A stretch of 64,000 nucleotides of DNA from Longimicrobiales bacterium (GTDB lineage: Bacteria > Gemmatimonadota > Gemmatimonadetes > Longimicrobiales > Gaopeijiaceae), in the NCBI GenBank assembly GCA_965219445.1, contig CBDCNQ010000005.1:64001-128000 (forward strand). The letters run 5' to 3'. The notes beneath the pieces were generated by a model. It saw only the letters and a program-made list of their open reading frames with translations. It searched no databases and was not told the origin of the DNA. The translations under genes and the position numbers were made by a program. The stretch's first letter is position 1; each line of letters opens with the position of its first letter. Below are positions 17,655 through 26,927 of the stretch, in pieces.

Positions 17655-19334
17655 ATGTCCAGGAAACGCCCATCCGTCGGACTGTTTCGCCCGGCTCAAT
17701 TTCAGCCACCGCTTCCTGCCGACCGACTGATTCTGCATGTCGCACCCGACCCGGAGGCTGTGCCGATGGACGTGGTGTTCGTGGGCGGTGGCCCCGCCGG
17801 TCTTGCGGGGGCCATCGAGTTGGCCCGGCTCGTCGAGAAGGACAACGAGGGTGAAGGTGGGCTGGGCGACATCGAGATCGGAGTCCTCGAGAAGGCGAGC
17901 CGAGTGGGGGAGCATTCACTCTCCGGGGCGGTGGTGAACCCGGTGGCCTTGCGCGAGCTCTTTCCGGAACTCGACATCGGTGATCTTCCGCTCCGCGGCC
18001 GCGTCGGAAAAGAGGCAGTCTACTTTCTTACGGAGCAGAGGGCACTCCGGATACCCACGCCACCCACCATGAGGAACCATGGCAACTACGTCGCCTCGAT
18101 CTGTGAGATCGTGCGGTGGTTGGGGGAAAAGGCAGAAGGCCTCGGCGTCAACGTGTTCCCCGGCTTTCCAGTCGATGGATTGCTGGTCGACGGCGACTGT
18201 GTCATCGGCGTACGCACCACCCCCTCCGGCCTCGACCGTGAAGGCCGGCCGGGCGCGGACCACATGCCGGCCATGGATCTGACCGCCCGGGTGACCGTTC
18301 TCTCGGAGGGCACCCGTGGGCCCCTCACGGAAGCGTTCTCCAAATGGCAGGGGATCGGCTCCGAAAATCCCCAGGTCTTCGCTCTCGGGGTGAAGGAGTT
18401 GTGGGAAACCCGCGTCCCGTTGGATCGGGTGATTCACACGCTGGGATGGCCGCTCCCGGGTGACGCCTTCGGCGGAAGCTTCATGTATCCGCTCGATGAG
18501 AATCTGGTTGCGATGGGCCTTGTCGTCGGACTCGACTACCGGGATGCCCGCCTCGACGTCCACAACGTGCTGCAGCGCATGAAGCTCCACCCCCTCTTCC
18601 GGCCCTATCTGGAGGGCGGCGAGATGGTGGAGTGGGGAGCGAAAACAATTCCCGAGGGGGGATACTACTCGGTGCCCGAACGCAGGCACGGAGATGGAGT
18701 GTGCGTGGTGGGTGATGCCGCCGGGTACGTAGACGTGCCGTCACTCAAGGGAATTCACTATGCGATGCACTCGGGGATCTTGGCCGCGAGGGCGATTTTC
18801 CATGCGCTCAAGGCGGGTGACGTGTCGGAGGTCGGACTGCGATCCTACACCGACGCGGTGAACTCGAGCTACATCATGAAGGACCTACGGCGCACCCGGA
18901 ACATCCGTCTGGCCTTCAAGAAGGGATTCCTGGAAGGGGTGGTTGGGGCCGGGCTCATGACGCTAACCGGCGGTGCGCTGCCTGGCGGGAAGATCACTGT
19001 GTCGGAGGATGCGGAGGAGGAGCGAGTGCTCGGGGACGGAGGACCCGGGGTCCAACCCGACGGGAAACTCACGTTCAGCAAGGCAGACGGAGTCTATAAG
19101 GCCGGGAACCAGACGCGCGACGACGGGCCCAGTCATTTGGTAGTGGGCGAGGACGTGAGCCCGGAAGCCGCCGAACTGTACACGCACCTGTGCCCGGCCG
19201 GCGTCTATGAGCGCGACGGTGACGAGCTGCGCCTCAACGCACCGAACTGCGTCGACTGCAAGGCGAGCGACGTTCTCGGGCCGCGGTGGACTGCCCGTGA
19301 GGGTGGGAGCGGGCCGGCCTACCGGCGGATGTAG
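17655..19334 (+). CDS. Electron transfer flavoprotein:quinone oxidoreductase
   Basis: VGGGPAGL, SLSGAV, LGVKELW, AKTIPEGG, GDAAG, KGIHYAM, C-terminal CPAGVY..CVDCK. Confidence 0.92.
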   Translation: MSRKRPSVGLFRPAQFQPPLPADRLILHVAPDPEAVPMDVVFVGGGPAGLAGAIELARLVEKDNEGEGGLGDIEIGVLEKASRVGEHSLSGAVVNPVALRELFPELDIGDLPLRGRVGKEAVYFLTEQRALRIPTPPTMRNHGNYVASICEIVRWLGEKAEGLGVNVFPGFPVDGLLVDGDCVIGVRTTPSGLDREGRPGADHMPAMDLTARVTVLSEGTRGPLTEAFSKWQGIGSENPQVFALGVKELWETRVPLDRVIHTLGWPLPGDAFGGSFMYPLDENLVAMGLVVGLDYRDARLDVHNVLQRMKLHPLFRPYLEGGEMVEWGAKTIPEGGYYSVPERRHGDGVCVVGDAAGYVDVPSLKGIHYAMHSGILAARAIFHALKAGDVSEVGLRSYTDAVNSSYIMKDLRRTRNIRLAFKKGFLEGVVGAGLMTLTGGALPGGKITVSEDAEEERVLGDGGPGVQPDGKLTFSKADGVYKAGNQTRDDGPSHLVVGEDVSPEAAELYTHLCPAGVYERDGDELRLNAPNCVDCKASDVLGPRWTAREGGSGPAYRRM

Positions 19335-19396
19335 GCGGACATATCACCGCTGATTCTGAGGACAGCCGCCGCGGCCACCGCTGCATCAATCGCGGA

Positions 19397-20032
19397 TCAG
19401 CCCGGCATGCCCTGTTCGAGGATGGCCACGTCGCCGTCGAACATTTCTCTTACGCGCTCCGCGTTTTCGCGGGTCTCACGGCCGCCCCAATGCACCGGCA
19501 CGACGACCTGAGCCCGGCACGCGGTGGCGGCACGGACGGCATCCTCCGGCCCCATCGTGTAGTGACCCTCGCAAGGCAAGAAAGCCATATCACACCTTAT
19601 CTGGTTCATCGCCTCGAGGAAGTCCGTGTCGCCGGAGTGGTAGTACGTGATCCCGTCGAGCGTGAACACGTACCCCAACCATTCGTTCTCCGCAGGATGG
19701 AACTTCTTACCCTCGTTGTAGGCCGGTACGGCGAGGATTTCGATACCGTCGAGGTGGATCATGTCGCCCGGCCGCATCAGATGGTCGACATCTTCGAGCT
19801 GCTTCCTCATTGACGCCGGAGCCACCAGGGTGGTCTCTTGACCCCGCACCCTCGCGATGTCGTCTTCGGAAAAATTGTCGAAATGGGGATGCGTCAGAAG
19901 TATGTAATCCGCTGTGCTCTCCTCTGGTATTCCCCAGGGGTCGATATGGATCTCGACACCGCCTCGCTGGATCCGGACGGAGGACTGCCTGAACCAGGTG
20001 ACACCTTCGAGCATAGTCTCGTCTTCGAGCAT
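19397..20032 (-). CDS. Metallo-beta-lactamase-fold hydrolase
   Basis: IDPW, THPHFDN, YHSGDT, VPVHW. An 18-bp duplication at the 5' end gives MLEDET-MLE, so the start may be 20014. Confidence 0.85.
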   Translation of the reverse strand: MLEDETMLEGVTWFRQSSVRIQRGGVEIHIDPWGIPEESTADYILLTHPHFDNFSEDDIARVRGQETTLVAPASMRKQLEDVDHLMRPGDMIHLDGIEILAVPAYNEGKKFHPAENEWLGYVFTLDGITYYHSGDTDFLEAMNQIRCDMAFLPCEGHYTMGPEDAVRAATACRAQVVVPVHWGGRETRENAERVREMFDGDVAILEQGMPG

Positions 20033-20181
20033 AGTCTCGTCGGAGGAGGAAAACGTACGATCAGCGAGTTTTGGTCAACCTAAGCGCTGACGTTATGCCA
20101 AAAAAGGCCGACATTATGACAGGGGGATTGCAATTGATGGCAGGGGGACTGCAACTACGGCATATTCTAGGAGGACGAGTC

Positions 20182-20197
20182 TGGCAGGATTCATGCA
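20182..20197 (+). promoter_or_regulatory. Putative sigma-54 (-24/-12) promoter of lon
   Basis: TGGCAGGATTCATGCA: GG-N10-GC spacing, close to TGGCACG-N4-TTGCW. Paired repeats upstream at ~20090-20155. Confidence 0.55.
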
Positions 20198-20326
20198 GTT
20201 AGCATCAATTCCCGAGCCGCCCTCGATGTCATCGCACCGATCGGGAACGGGTGCCAGGGGAGTGGGCTTTTTGATAGCAGTGATGTCTCGATTCTGAAAT
20301 CAAGGCCGAATCGATTGCGAGGACTC

Positions 20327-22999
20327 ATGGGTGAACGATACACACTTCCGGTTTTGCCACTGAGGGATACGGTGGTCTACCCCGGCGTGGCGGTGCCGAT
20401 CTCGGCCGGCCGGCCTGGTACGGTAGAGGCTGTGCAGGAGGCACTCGACGGAGACCGCCGGCTCTTTGCCGTGGCTCAGAAGGAGAACGTCGATGACCCC
20501 ACCCCCGATGTGCTCTACACGGTCGGGACGGTCGTACGGATCATCCAGACGCACAGGGTTCGGGGTGGCGTTCAGCTCCTGGTACAGGGCGAGGGACGGG
20601 CACAGGTCATCTCCTACGAGTCCGAGGGTGAGGGAATGCTGCGCGCGGTGCTCCTGGAGATGGAACGCCAGCCGACCGTCGATAAAGACGATCCCGCGTT
20701 TCAGGCACTCAATCATGAGTTGAGGGAGTGCGCGGCGGAGTTGGGCACCCGAAGGGGGGTTCCAGCCGAGGCTCTCAATCAGCTGATCCAGGGTGTGGAT
20801 GAGCCGGGAGCGTTCGCGGATCTCGTCTCGTTCTATTTGGAGCTCTCAACGGAGGACAAGCAGGGGCTCCTGGAGACGCTCGACGACGAGGAGCGCATGC
20901 GTGAGTCCTTGGTCGCAGTGGAACGTGAGTTGGCGCGGCTCGATGCCCAAGAGGAAATCCAAGCGAGGGTGCAGGAGGAACTCGGTGAGCGGCAGCGGGA
21001 GATGCTCCTTCGCGAACAGCTCAAGCAGATCCAACGTGAGTTGGGCGACGAAGACGAACGTGATGATGTCGAGGAGCTTCGGGAGCGGGTCGTAGCGCTG
21101 AAGCTTGACGAGGACCAGCGCTCGGAAGTCGAGCGGGAGCTCAAACGCCTGGAGCGTACGAGTCCTCAGTCGGCCGAATACCAGGTCATCCGCACGTTCC
21201 TCGAGTGGGTGACGGAGCTCCCATGGAGCGTCCGGTCGGAGGACAAAATCGACCTCGTTTTGTCGGCGGAGATCTTGGACGAGGATCACTACGGTCTCGA
21301 GGACGTGAAAGACCGTGTCTTGGAGTTTTTGGCGGTTCGGAAGCTCCAGCTGGACCGGTTGGAGGACTTGGGCGATGGGGCCGGCGAAGACCAGACCGGC
21401 GAGGCAACCGAGCCTGGTGAGGCAACCGAGCCCGGCGAGGCAACCGAGCCTGGTGAGGCAACCGAGCCCGGTGAGGCAACCGAGCCCGGTGAGGCAACCG
21501 AGCCCGGTGAGGCGAGCGCAGCGGAGGAGCCCGGTGAGGCGAGCGCAGCGGAGGAGCCCGGTGAAACCAACGGCGCGGCCGACATTACAGACGTGCCCGA
21601 CGAGGCGGAGGAGGCAGAGGAGGTAGGTGGCCGGGGTCCGATTCTCCTCTTCGTAGGTCCGCCGGGAGTCGGAAAGACGAGCATCGCACAGTCCATCGCC
21701 CGTTCATTGGGTAGAGAGTACGTAAGGATCTCGCTCGGCGGCGCTCGTGACGAGGCCGACATTCGTGGTCACCGCCGTACCTATGTGGGGGCCATGCCCG
21801 GCCGGATCATTCAAGGGATGCGGCAAGCCAAGTCAAAGAATCCGGTGTTCCTGCTGGACGAAGTGGACAAGCTGGGCGTGTCGTTCCAAGGAGATCCGAG
21901 TGCGGCGTTGCTCGAAGTGCTCGATCCGGCCCAAAATTCGACCTTCACGGATCACTACCTCGGTATGACGTTCGATCTCTCTGAGGTGCTCTTCATTGCG
22001 ACGGCGAACTATTCGGACCGGATTCCGCCCCCGTTGTATGATCGCATGGAGAAAGTCGATTTTTCGGGGTACACGGAGGCCGAAAAGCTCGAGATCGCGA
22101 AGCGTTATCTGCTTCCTCGTCAGCTAAGAGAGAGTGGCCTCCGGGAAGGTGAAATGTCGTTGGGTGACGAGGCCCTGCTCGCCCTGATCCAGGAATACAC
22201 GCGGGAGGCTGGAGTTCGTCAGATCGAACGTCAGTTGGGTAAGCTAGCCCGGAAAGTCGCGCGTAAGGTTGCCGCGGACGAAGTGGAGCGTCTCGAGGTC
22301 GATCGGGTCGTCATTCGGGAGTTGATTGGACGCCCGAGGGTACATCCCGAGCGGATGGCTGCTACCGACGTCGTGGGAGTAGCGACAGGGATGTTCTACA
22401 CGCCCATGGGTGGCGATATCATGTTCGTCGAGGCCAGCGTGATGACCGGGGAGGGCGCTCTGGTCCTCACCGGCCAGTTGGGTGACGTCATGAAGGAGTC
22501 GGGGCGGGCAGCACTGAGCTACGCCAAGAGCAACTATGCTCGCCTCGGTATCCCGGAAGATGCGCTCACGGGCCGAGAGGTGCACATCCATGTTCCGGCC
22601 GGGGCCGTTCCAAAGGACGGTCCCTCGGCTGGAATTACTATGGCCACGGCCTTGGTGTCGGCCCTCTCGGGACGGAAGATTCGTCGAGACGTCGCGATGA
22701 CCGGTGAGTTGACCCTGACCGGCCGCGTGCTTCCCATCGGCGGCATCAAAGAGAAGCTCTTGGGAGCCATCCGTGCCGGCATCGACGAGATCATCATCCC
22801 GTGTGACAACGAGGCCGATCTGGACGATCTCAGGGATGAGGTGAGAAACTCGCTGACCGTTCACCTGGTCGAGGACTTGGACCAAGTGATCAATATCGCT
22901 CTCAAGATCGACGAGGCGGCGAACGCGAAAAAGAAGAAGACCACGAAGAGCAAGCCCCGTGCGAAGACGAGTCCTTCGCAGAGCCCTGCGTCGGCCTAG
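20327..22999 (+). CDS. lon: ATP-dependent protease La with an acidic repeat insertion
   Basis: LPVLPLRD, DHYGLEDVK, GPPGVGKTS, GHRRTYVGAMPG, LLDEVDK, PKDGPSAG, IGGIKEK. Confidence 0.97.
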   Translation: MGERYTLPVLPLRDTVVYPGVAVPISAGRPGTVEAVQEALDGDRRLFAVAQKENVDDPTPDVLYTVGTVVRIIQTHRVRGGVQLLVQGEGRAQVISYESEGEGMLRAVLLEMERQPTVDKDDPAFQALNHELRECAAELGTRRGVPAEALNQLIQGVDEPGAFADLVSFYLELSTEDKQGLLETLDDEERMRESLVAVERELARLDAQEEIQARVQEELGERQREMLLREQLKQIQRELGDEDERDDVEELRERVVALKLDEDQRSEVERELKRLERTSPQSAEYQVIRTFLEWVTELPWSVRSEDKIDLVLSAEILDEDHYGLEDVKDRVLEFLAVRKLQLDRLEDLGDGAGEDQTGEATEPGEATEPGEATEPGEATEPGEATEPGEATEPGEASAAEEPGEASAAEEPGETNGAADITDVPDEAEEAEEVGGRGPILLFVGPPGVGKTSIAQSIARSLGREYVRISLGGARDEADIRGHRRTYVGAMPGRIIQGMRQAKSKNPVFLLDEVDKLGVSFQGDPSAALLEVLDPAQNSTFTDHYLGMTFDLSEVLFIATANYSDRIPPPLYDRMEKVDFSGYTEAEKLEIAKRYLLPRQLRESGLREGEMSLGDEALLALIQEYTREAGVRQIERQLGKLARKVARKVAADEVERLEVDRVVIRELIGRPRVHPERMAATDVVGVATGMFYTPMGGDIMFVEASVMTGEGALVLTGQLGDVMKESGRAALSYAKSNYARLGIPEDALTGREVHIHVPAGAVPKDGPSAGITMATALVSALSGRKIRRDVAMTGELTLTGRVLPIGGIKEKLLGAIRAGIDEIIIPCDNEADLDDLRDEVRNSLTVHLVEDLDQVINIALKIDEAANAKKKKTTKSKPRAKTSPSQSPASA
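21398..21559 (+). repeat. In-frame tandem repeats: 6 x 18 bp (GEATEP) plus 2 x 27 bp (GEASAAEEP)
   Basis: GGYGAGGCAACCGAGCCY x6, then GGTGAGGCGAGCGCAGCGGAGGAGCCC x2. Confidence 0.95.
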
Positions 23000-23020
23000 G
23001 GGGCGGCTCTCCAGAGGCCT

Positions 23021-24079
23021 TTAAACAACCTTGATCGCTCCCGGTGCTCCATCGGTGACGCGTCCGATGATCGCCGCCACGGCAGTGGTGACCTCGAGGA
23101 GTTCCATGAGCTCCTCGGCGCGTTCCTCCGGGACGGACATAAGCAGACCTCCCGAGGTCTGCGCGTCCGCCAGGATCAAGCGAGTGCTCTCGCCCTGATC
23201 TCCGAATTCGACGCGATCCTTCAGATCTTCGAGGTTTCGCCGAGTTCCGCCGGGGATATGGCCAGCAGTGACCAGCTCCGACACCTCGGGCAAAACGGGG
23301 ACGTCGTCGGCCACGATCTCGGCGGCCACGCCGGACTGAAATAACAAGTTGCTGAGATGACCCAGGAGCCCGTACCCGGTCACATCCGTAGCGGCTCGCA
23401 CCCCGACGCTTTTCATGGCCCCTGCCGCCTCACGATTGAGGGCCGTCATGCTCTTCACCGCAGCCTCGGTAGCCGTGTCGGAGGCCGCCTCGGCCTTGAT
23501 CGCAGTGGCTACCACTCCGGTGCCGAGGGCCTTGGTGAGAACCAGCAAATCGCCTGCCTCGGCCGAGGTGTTGGTCACGAGATTCTCGATGTCCACGTCA
23601 CCGACCGCGACCAGCCCGTACTTCGGTTCGGGGTCGTCCACCGAGTGGCCTCCCATGATGGGGACACCGGCTTCGCGGGCGACGTCGGATCCTCCACGAA
23701 TGATCTCCTCGACCAGCCCACGGTCCAGAAGAGCTCTGGGAAACGCCAATAGGTTGAGGACGAAGAGCGGTTCGGCCCCCATCGCGTAGATGTCCGAGAG
23801 AGCGTTGGCGGCCGCGATCCGTCCGAAGTCGTACGGGTTATCGACCAGCGGTGTGAAGAAATCGAGCGTCACCACCAGCGCGCGTCCGCCCCCGAGCGCA
23901 TACACGGCGGCGTCGTCGCTCGTGGAGGCGTCCACCAGCACTTGCTCACTCTCTATGGGAACCAGATGACGCAGGACCTGCGCAAGCTCGGAGATGCCGA
24001 GTTTACACGCTCACCCAGCCCCGTGGGAGAGCTGGGTCAGGCGGATCCTGGGCTTCTGATCTCTGGGCTCTTGTGACAT
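23021..24079 (-). CDS. selD: Selenide, water dikinase (selenophosphate synthetase), selenocysteine-containing
   Basis: ATG 24079 gives MSQEPRDQKPRIRLTQLSHGAG-TGA-ACKLGISELAQVL, in frame with DDAAVY, DFFTP, ANALSDIYAMG, GGHS, TDVTGYGL, DAQTSGGLL. The TGA (24011-24013) sits at the catalytic Cys/Sec position. Confidence 0.95.
23969..23983 (-). promoter_or_regulatory. Bacterial SECIS-like hairpin
   Basis: GCGCAG-GUC-CUGCGU starting ~27 nt 3' of the UGA; resembles the GCAGGUCUGC apical hairpin of E. coli fdhF. Confidence 0.7.
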
Positions 24080-24184
24080 TTGACTCTGTAGGCTCAATCA
24101 GCCCTCGCGGGACGCCAGGCTTTACAGCCCGGTTGGGCTAATCTAGACATGGGCGCCAGGGGGGGGAACACAGTAAGTTCGGGT

Positions 24185-25042
24185 ATGGAAGTTCCTATGA
24201 GTTCGACGCGCGCGCGTCTGGGTGAGGCGTTAAGAAGGTCCGACCGCGAGTTCGAGCTCGGGCGGGCGGCCCTCTTCATCGCTCAGGAGGAATATCCGCA
24301 GCTTCCCGTGGAGCGGTACATGTTGCGATTGGACTCCTTGGCCGAAGCGGTGAAGGACCGGCTGGACGACGAGATGGCCCCCCCAGTCGTCCTTGGGGAG
24401 GTGATCCATACGTTGTTCGAGCGGGAGGGGCTGCGCGGAAACAAGGAGTCCTACCACGATCCTCGGAATTCCTTCATCAATGATGTCTTGGATCGGCGTC
24501 TCGGAATCCCACTCACTCTCGGCATCATTCTGCTGGAGGTCGGTTGGCGGCTCGATCTCCCTCTCGAAGGCGTGAACTTCCCCGGTCACTTTCTGGTCCG
24601 GTACCGCGGCTCGGCCGAACACCTTCTGATCGACCCGTTCGATCAGGGACGAATCCGCTTCGAGAGTCAAGCGCAGGAAGTGTTGGATCAGCAGTACGGC
24701 GGCATGGTTCGGATGCAGCCGGCTTTCCTCCGAGCGGCAAGCAAACTCGACATGATCCGTCGCTTGCTAGTGAACCTCAAGGGCCTATACGTCAACGTAA
24801 AGGATGATGAACGGGCGTTGTCCGTGGTCGAGCGCTTGCTCTTGGTCCAGCCAGCGTCCCCCGGGGAGGGTCGCGACCGCGGCATGTTGCTGCTGAGGCT
24901 CGGTCGGGAAGAAGAAGCGAAGGAACAACTCCGGCAGTATCTCGACCGCTATCCTCGTGCCGCTGATGCCAAGCGGATCCGGTCGCTGGTGGACCGCCTC
25001 GAGGCGGGGTTAGCGGCCCCGGAGGAGGATTTGGATGTATGA
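24185..25042 (+). CDS. SirB1/YchA-like transglutaminase-fold protein with TPR
   Basis: YHDPRNSFINDVLDRRLGIPLTL, GVNFPGHFLVR, IDPF, RDRG. Confidence 0.88.
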   Translation: MEVPMSSTRARLGEALRRSDREFELGRAALFIAQEEYPQLPVERYMLRLDSLAEAVKDRLDDEMAPPVVLGEVIHTLFEREGLRGNKESYHDPRNSFINDVLDRRLGIPLTLGIILLEVGWRLDLPLEGVNFPGHFLVRYRGSAEHLLIDPFDQGRIRFESQAQEVLDQQYGGMVRMQPAFLRAASKLDMIRRLLVNLKGLYVNVKDDERALSVVERLLLVQPASPGEGRDRGMLLLRLGREEEAKEQLRQYLDRYPRAADAKRIRSLVDRLEAGLAAPEEDLDV

Positions 25043-26156
25043 GGGAGCTGTCTTTGGCCACGTGCGCGGGGCCGAAGTGGCGAGGCACTACGGGGATCCT
25101 GAGGCAGAATACCGGGCGGCCCGGGAGGGACTGGCCGTTCGCGATCGCAGCCACCGGGCCCGGCTGCTTGTTCGGGGACCCGCCCCGATCGCTGCCTTCC
25201 AGGGCATACTCACGGGACGCATGCCATCGTCCCCTGGCATGCCTCGAAAGGGGTTGGTGAGGGCCCGGGCCGAGTACTCCGCGGTCCTCACTCCCAAGGG
25301 TCGGATGATTGCGGATCTGCGAGCGATGTGGGGTCCGGATCCGGACGAGGAGGGCCTGCTTCTGGATGTACCGGCGGCGGCGCTCGAGCCACTGCTGGCG
25401 CACATGAGGCGTTCTGTGCCGCCCCGTTTGGCCAACATCGAGGACGTCACGGCCCACTCCGGACTCATGACGGTTCTCGGTCCGGAGGCGGCGGACCCGA
25501 TAGCGGAGATCGTCTTGGGTTCGGCTTCTCACGCCACCGAAGTCGAGGGTTTGACCGAGGGGGACTTCCTAGAGGTTCGAGACCACGAATACAGGGACGA
25601 GGGGATCGGTAACGGGGGTGTGCGGGTGGTGAAGACGTGTGAGGTGGATGTGCCTGCCTGGGACATTTTCGTCTCCGCCGGCAGCTTCGGGGAGGTCTGG
25701 GGCGGCTTCATCAAGGCCGGGGCGGCCCCGATCGGCGCGGGTGTCTGGGACACGCTCCGGGTGGAGGCGGGCCGGCCGGCATACGGCGGAGACATGGATG
25801 ATTCGACGATTCTCTCGGAGACTGGACTCGTGGATCGTTCGGTGGACCATACGAAAGGGTGCTATACCGGCCAGGAGGTCATCGTTCGTATCCGTGACCG
25901 GGGGCACGTGAACCGATCACTGCGAGGACTGCTGCTGGCGGAGGGCCCGGCACCGAAGCTCGGGGCCGAGTTGTTCCGGGGGGATCGGGTCGTGGGTGAA
26001 ATCACTAGCGCCGTGGAGTCCCCCAGCCGGGCTGGCCCGATCGGACTCGGCTACGCGCGCCGAGAAATCCTGCACGGCGAACAGGTGACCGTGGGTTCGC
26101 CCGAGGGGCCGTCCGCTACAGTCCGTGAGTTGGGTCCTGGTTGGACATCCATGTAG
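25035..26156 (+). CDS. ygfZ: YgfZ/GcvT-family folate-binding protein
   Basis: LTPKGR, LRVEAG and the KGCYTGQE signature. Confidence 0.85.
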   Translation: MYEGAVFGHVRGAEVARHYGDPEAEYRAAREGLAVRDRSHRARLLVRGPAPIAAFQGILTGRMPSSPGMPRKGLVRARAEYSAVLTPKGRMIADLRAMWGPDPDEEGLLLDVPAAALEPLLAHMRRSVPPRLANIEDVTAHSGLMTVLGPEAADPIAEIVLGSASHATEVEGLTEGDFLEVRDHEYRDEGIGNGGVRVVKTCEVDVPAWDIFVSAGSFGEVWGGFIKAGAAPIGAGVWDTLRVEAGRPAYGGDMDDSTILSETGLVDRSVDHTKGCYTGQEVIVRIRDRGHVNRSLRGLLLAEGPAPKLGAELFRGDRVVGEITSAVESPSRAGPIGLGYARREILHGEQVTVGSPEGPSATVRELGPGWTSM

Positions 26157-26271
26157 ATAGAGGTGCCGGGCAACCACACATGTACATGGAGATGCTGGGC
26201 AACCACACCGTCTATCCGGTGTAGCAAATTCGCTGGTTTCCCCAGGTGATTTGGTAGCGAAGGAGTTGTCG

Positions 26272-26829
26272 ATGCTGAGGCGTGTGGCTTTAGGAAGAGG
26301 TTCGTTCGCGGTTTTGATGGCCGCGCTGCCTTCGATATTCGCGGGGACCCCGCTGGTAGCACAGGATGTGGCCGCGGTGAAGATCGGCATCTTCAACGCC
26401 GACCGGGTCTTGTCCGAATCTCAGGCTGGTCAGCAGGCCCTCGCCCTTTTCAACCAACTTCGCGATCAGCGAGTTGGAGAGTTGCAGGTCCAGCAGAATG
26501 AGATCAACACCCTTCAGCAGGAGGCGATGACAGCGGCTCTTGGCGGCCCGGAGGCAGCACGTCTCCAACGACAGTTGGAGGATCTGATGCTCCGGCTGGA
26601 GCGCCTGCAGCAGGACGTTCAGCAGGAACTAGGGACGCGGCAGACCGAGCTGACGGAGGGAATCACGGCGATGGTCGCTGAAACCATCGATGCGATGGGA
26701 CGGGAGGAGGGCTACACTCTCATCTTCAATGCCGTCCAAAGCGGCTTGGTCTACGTAGATCCGACGTTGGACGTCACGGATGAAATCATCCGAAGGATCA
26801 ACGCGATGAGTGCCCCAGACCCTCTGTAG
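26272..26829 (+). CDS. skp: OmpH/Skp outer-membrane chaperone
   Basis: Signal peptide, KIGIFN, coiled coil, GYTLIF, DVTDEII. Confidence 0.85.
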   Translation: MLRRVALGRGSFAVLMAALPSIFAGTPLVAQDVAAVKIGIFNADRVLSESQAGQQALALFNQLRDQRVGELQVQQNEINTLQQEAMTAALGGPEAARLQRQLEDLMLRLERLQQDVQQELGTRQTELTEGITAMVAETIDAMGREEGYTLIFNAVQSGLVYVDPTLDVTDEIIRRINAMSAPDPL

Positions 26830-26927
26830 CTCAGCGACGCATTCGTGGCCCGAAGCCTCCGCGCCGCCCGAAGGCCCGCGCACCCCTGGGAGGGCCCGAT
26901 TTTTCTCGGTGGGGGACTGTGCGACAG

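Noticed and set aside
21398..21559. Tandem repeats as a CRISPR array
   Set aside because: No unique spacers; units are multiples of three inside lon; no cas genes in the window.
25035..26156. Calling this gene gcvT
   Set aside because: The KGCYxGQE motif is the YgfZ signature and the gene is far from gcvH/gcvP.
26168..26208. 12-bp direct repeat GGGCAACCACAC upstream of skp as ECF-sigma promoters
   Set aside because: No consistent -10 element follows both copies; too weak to call.
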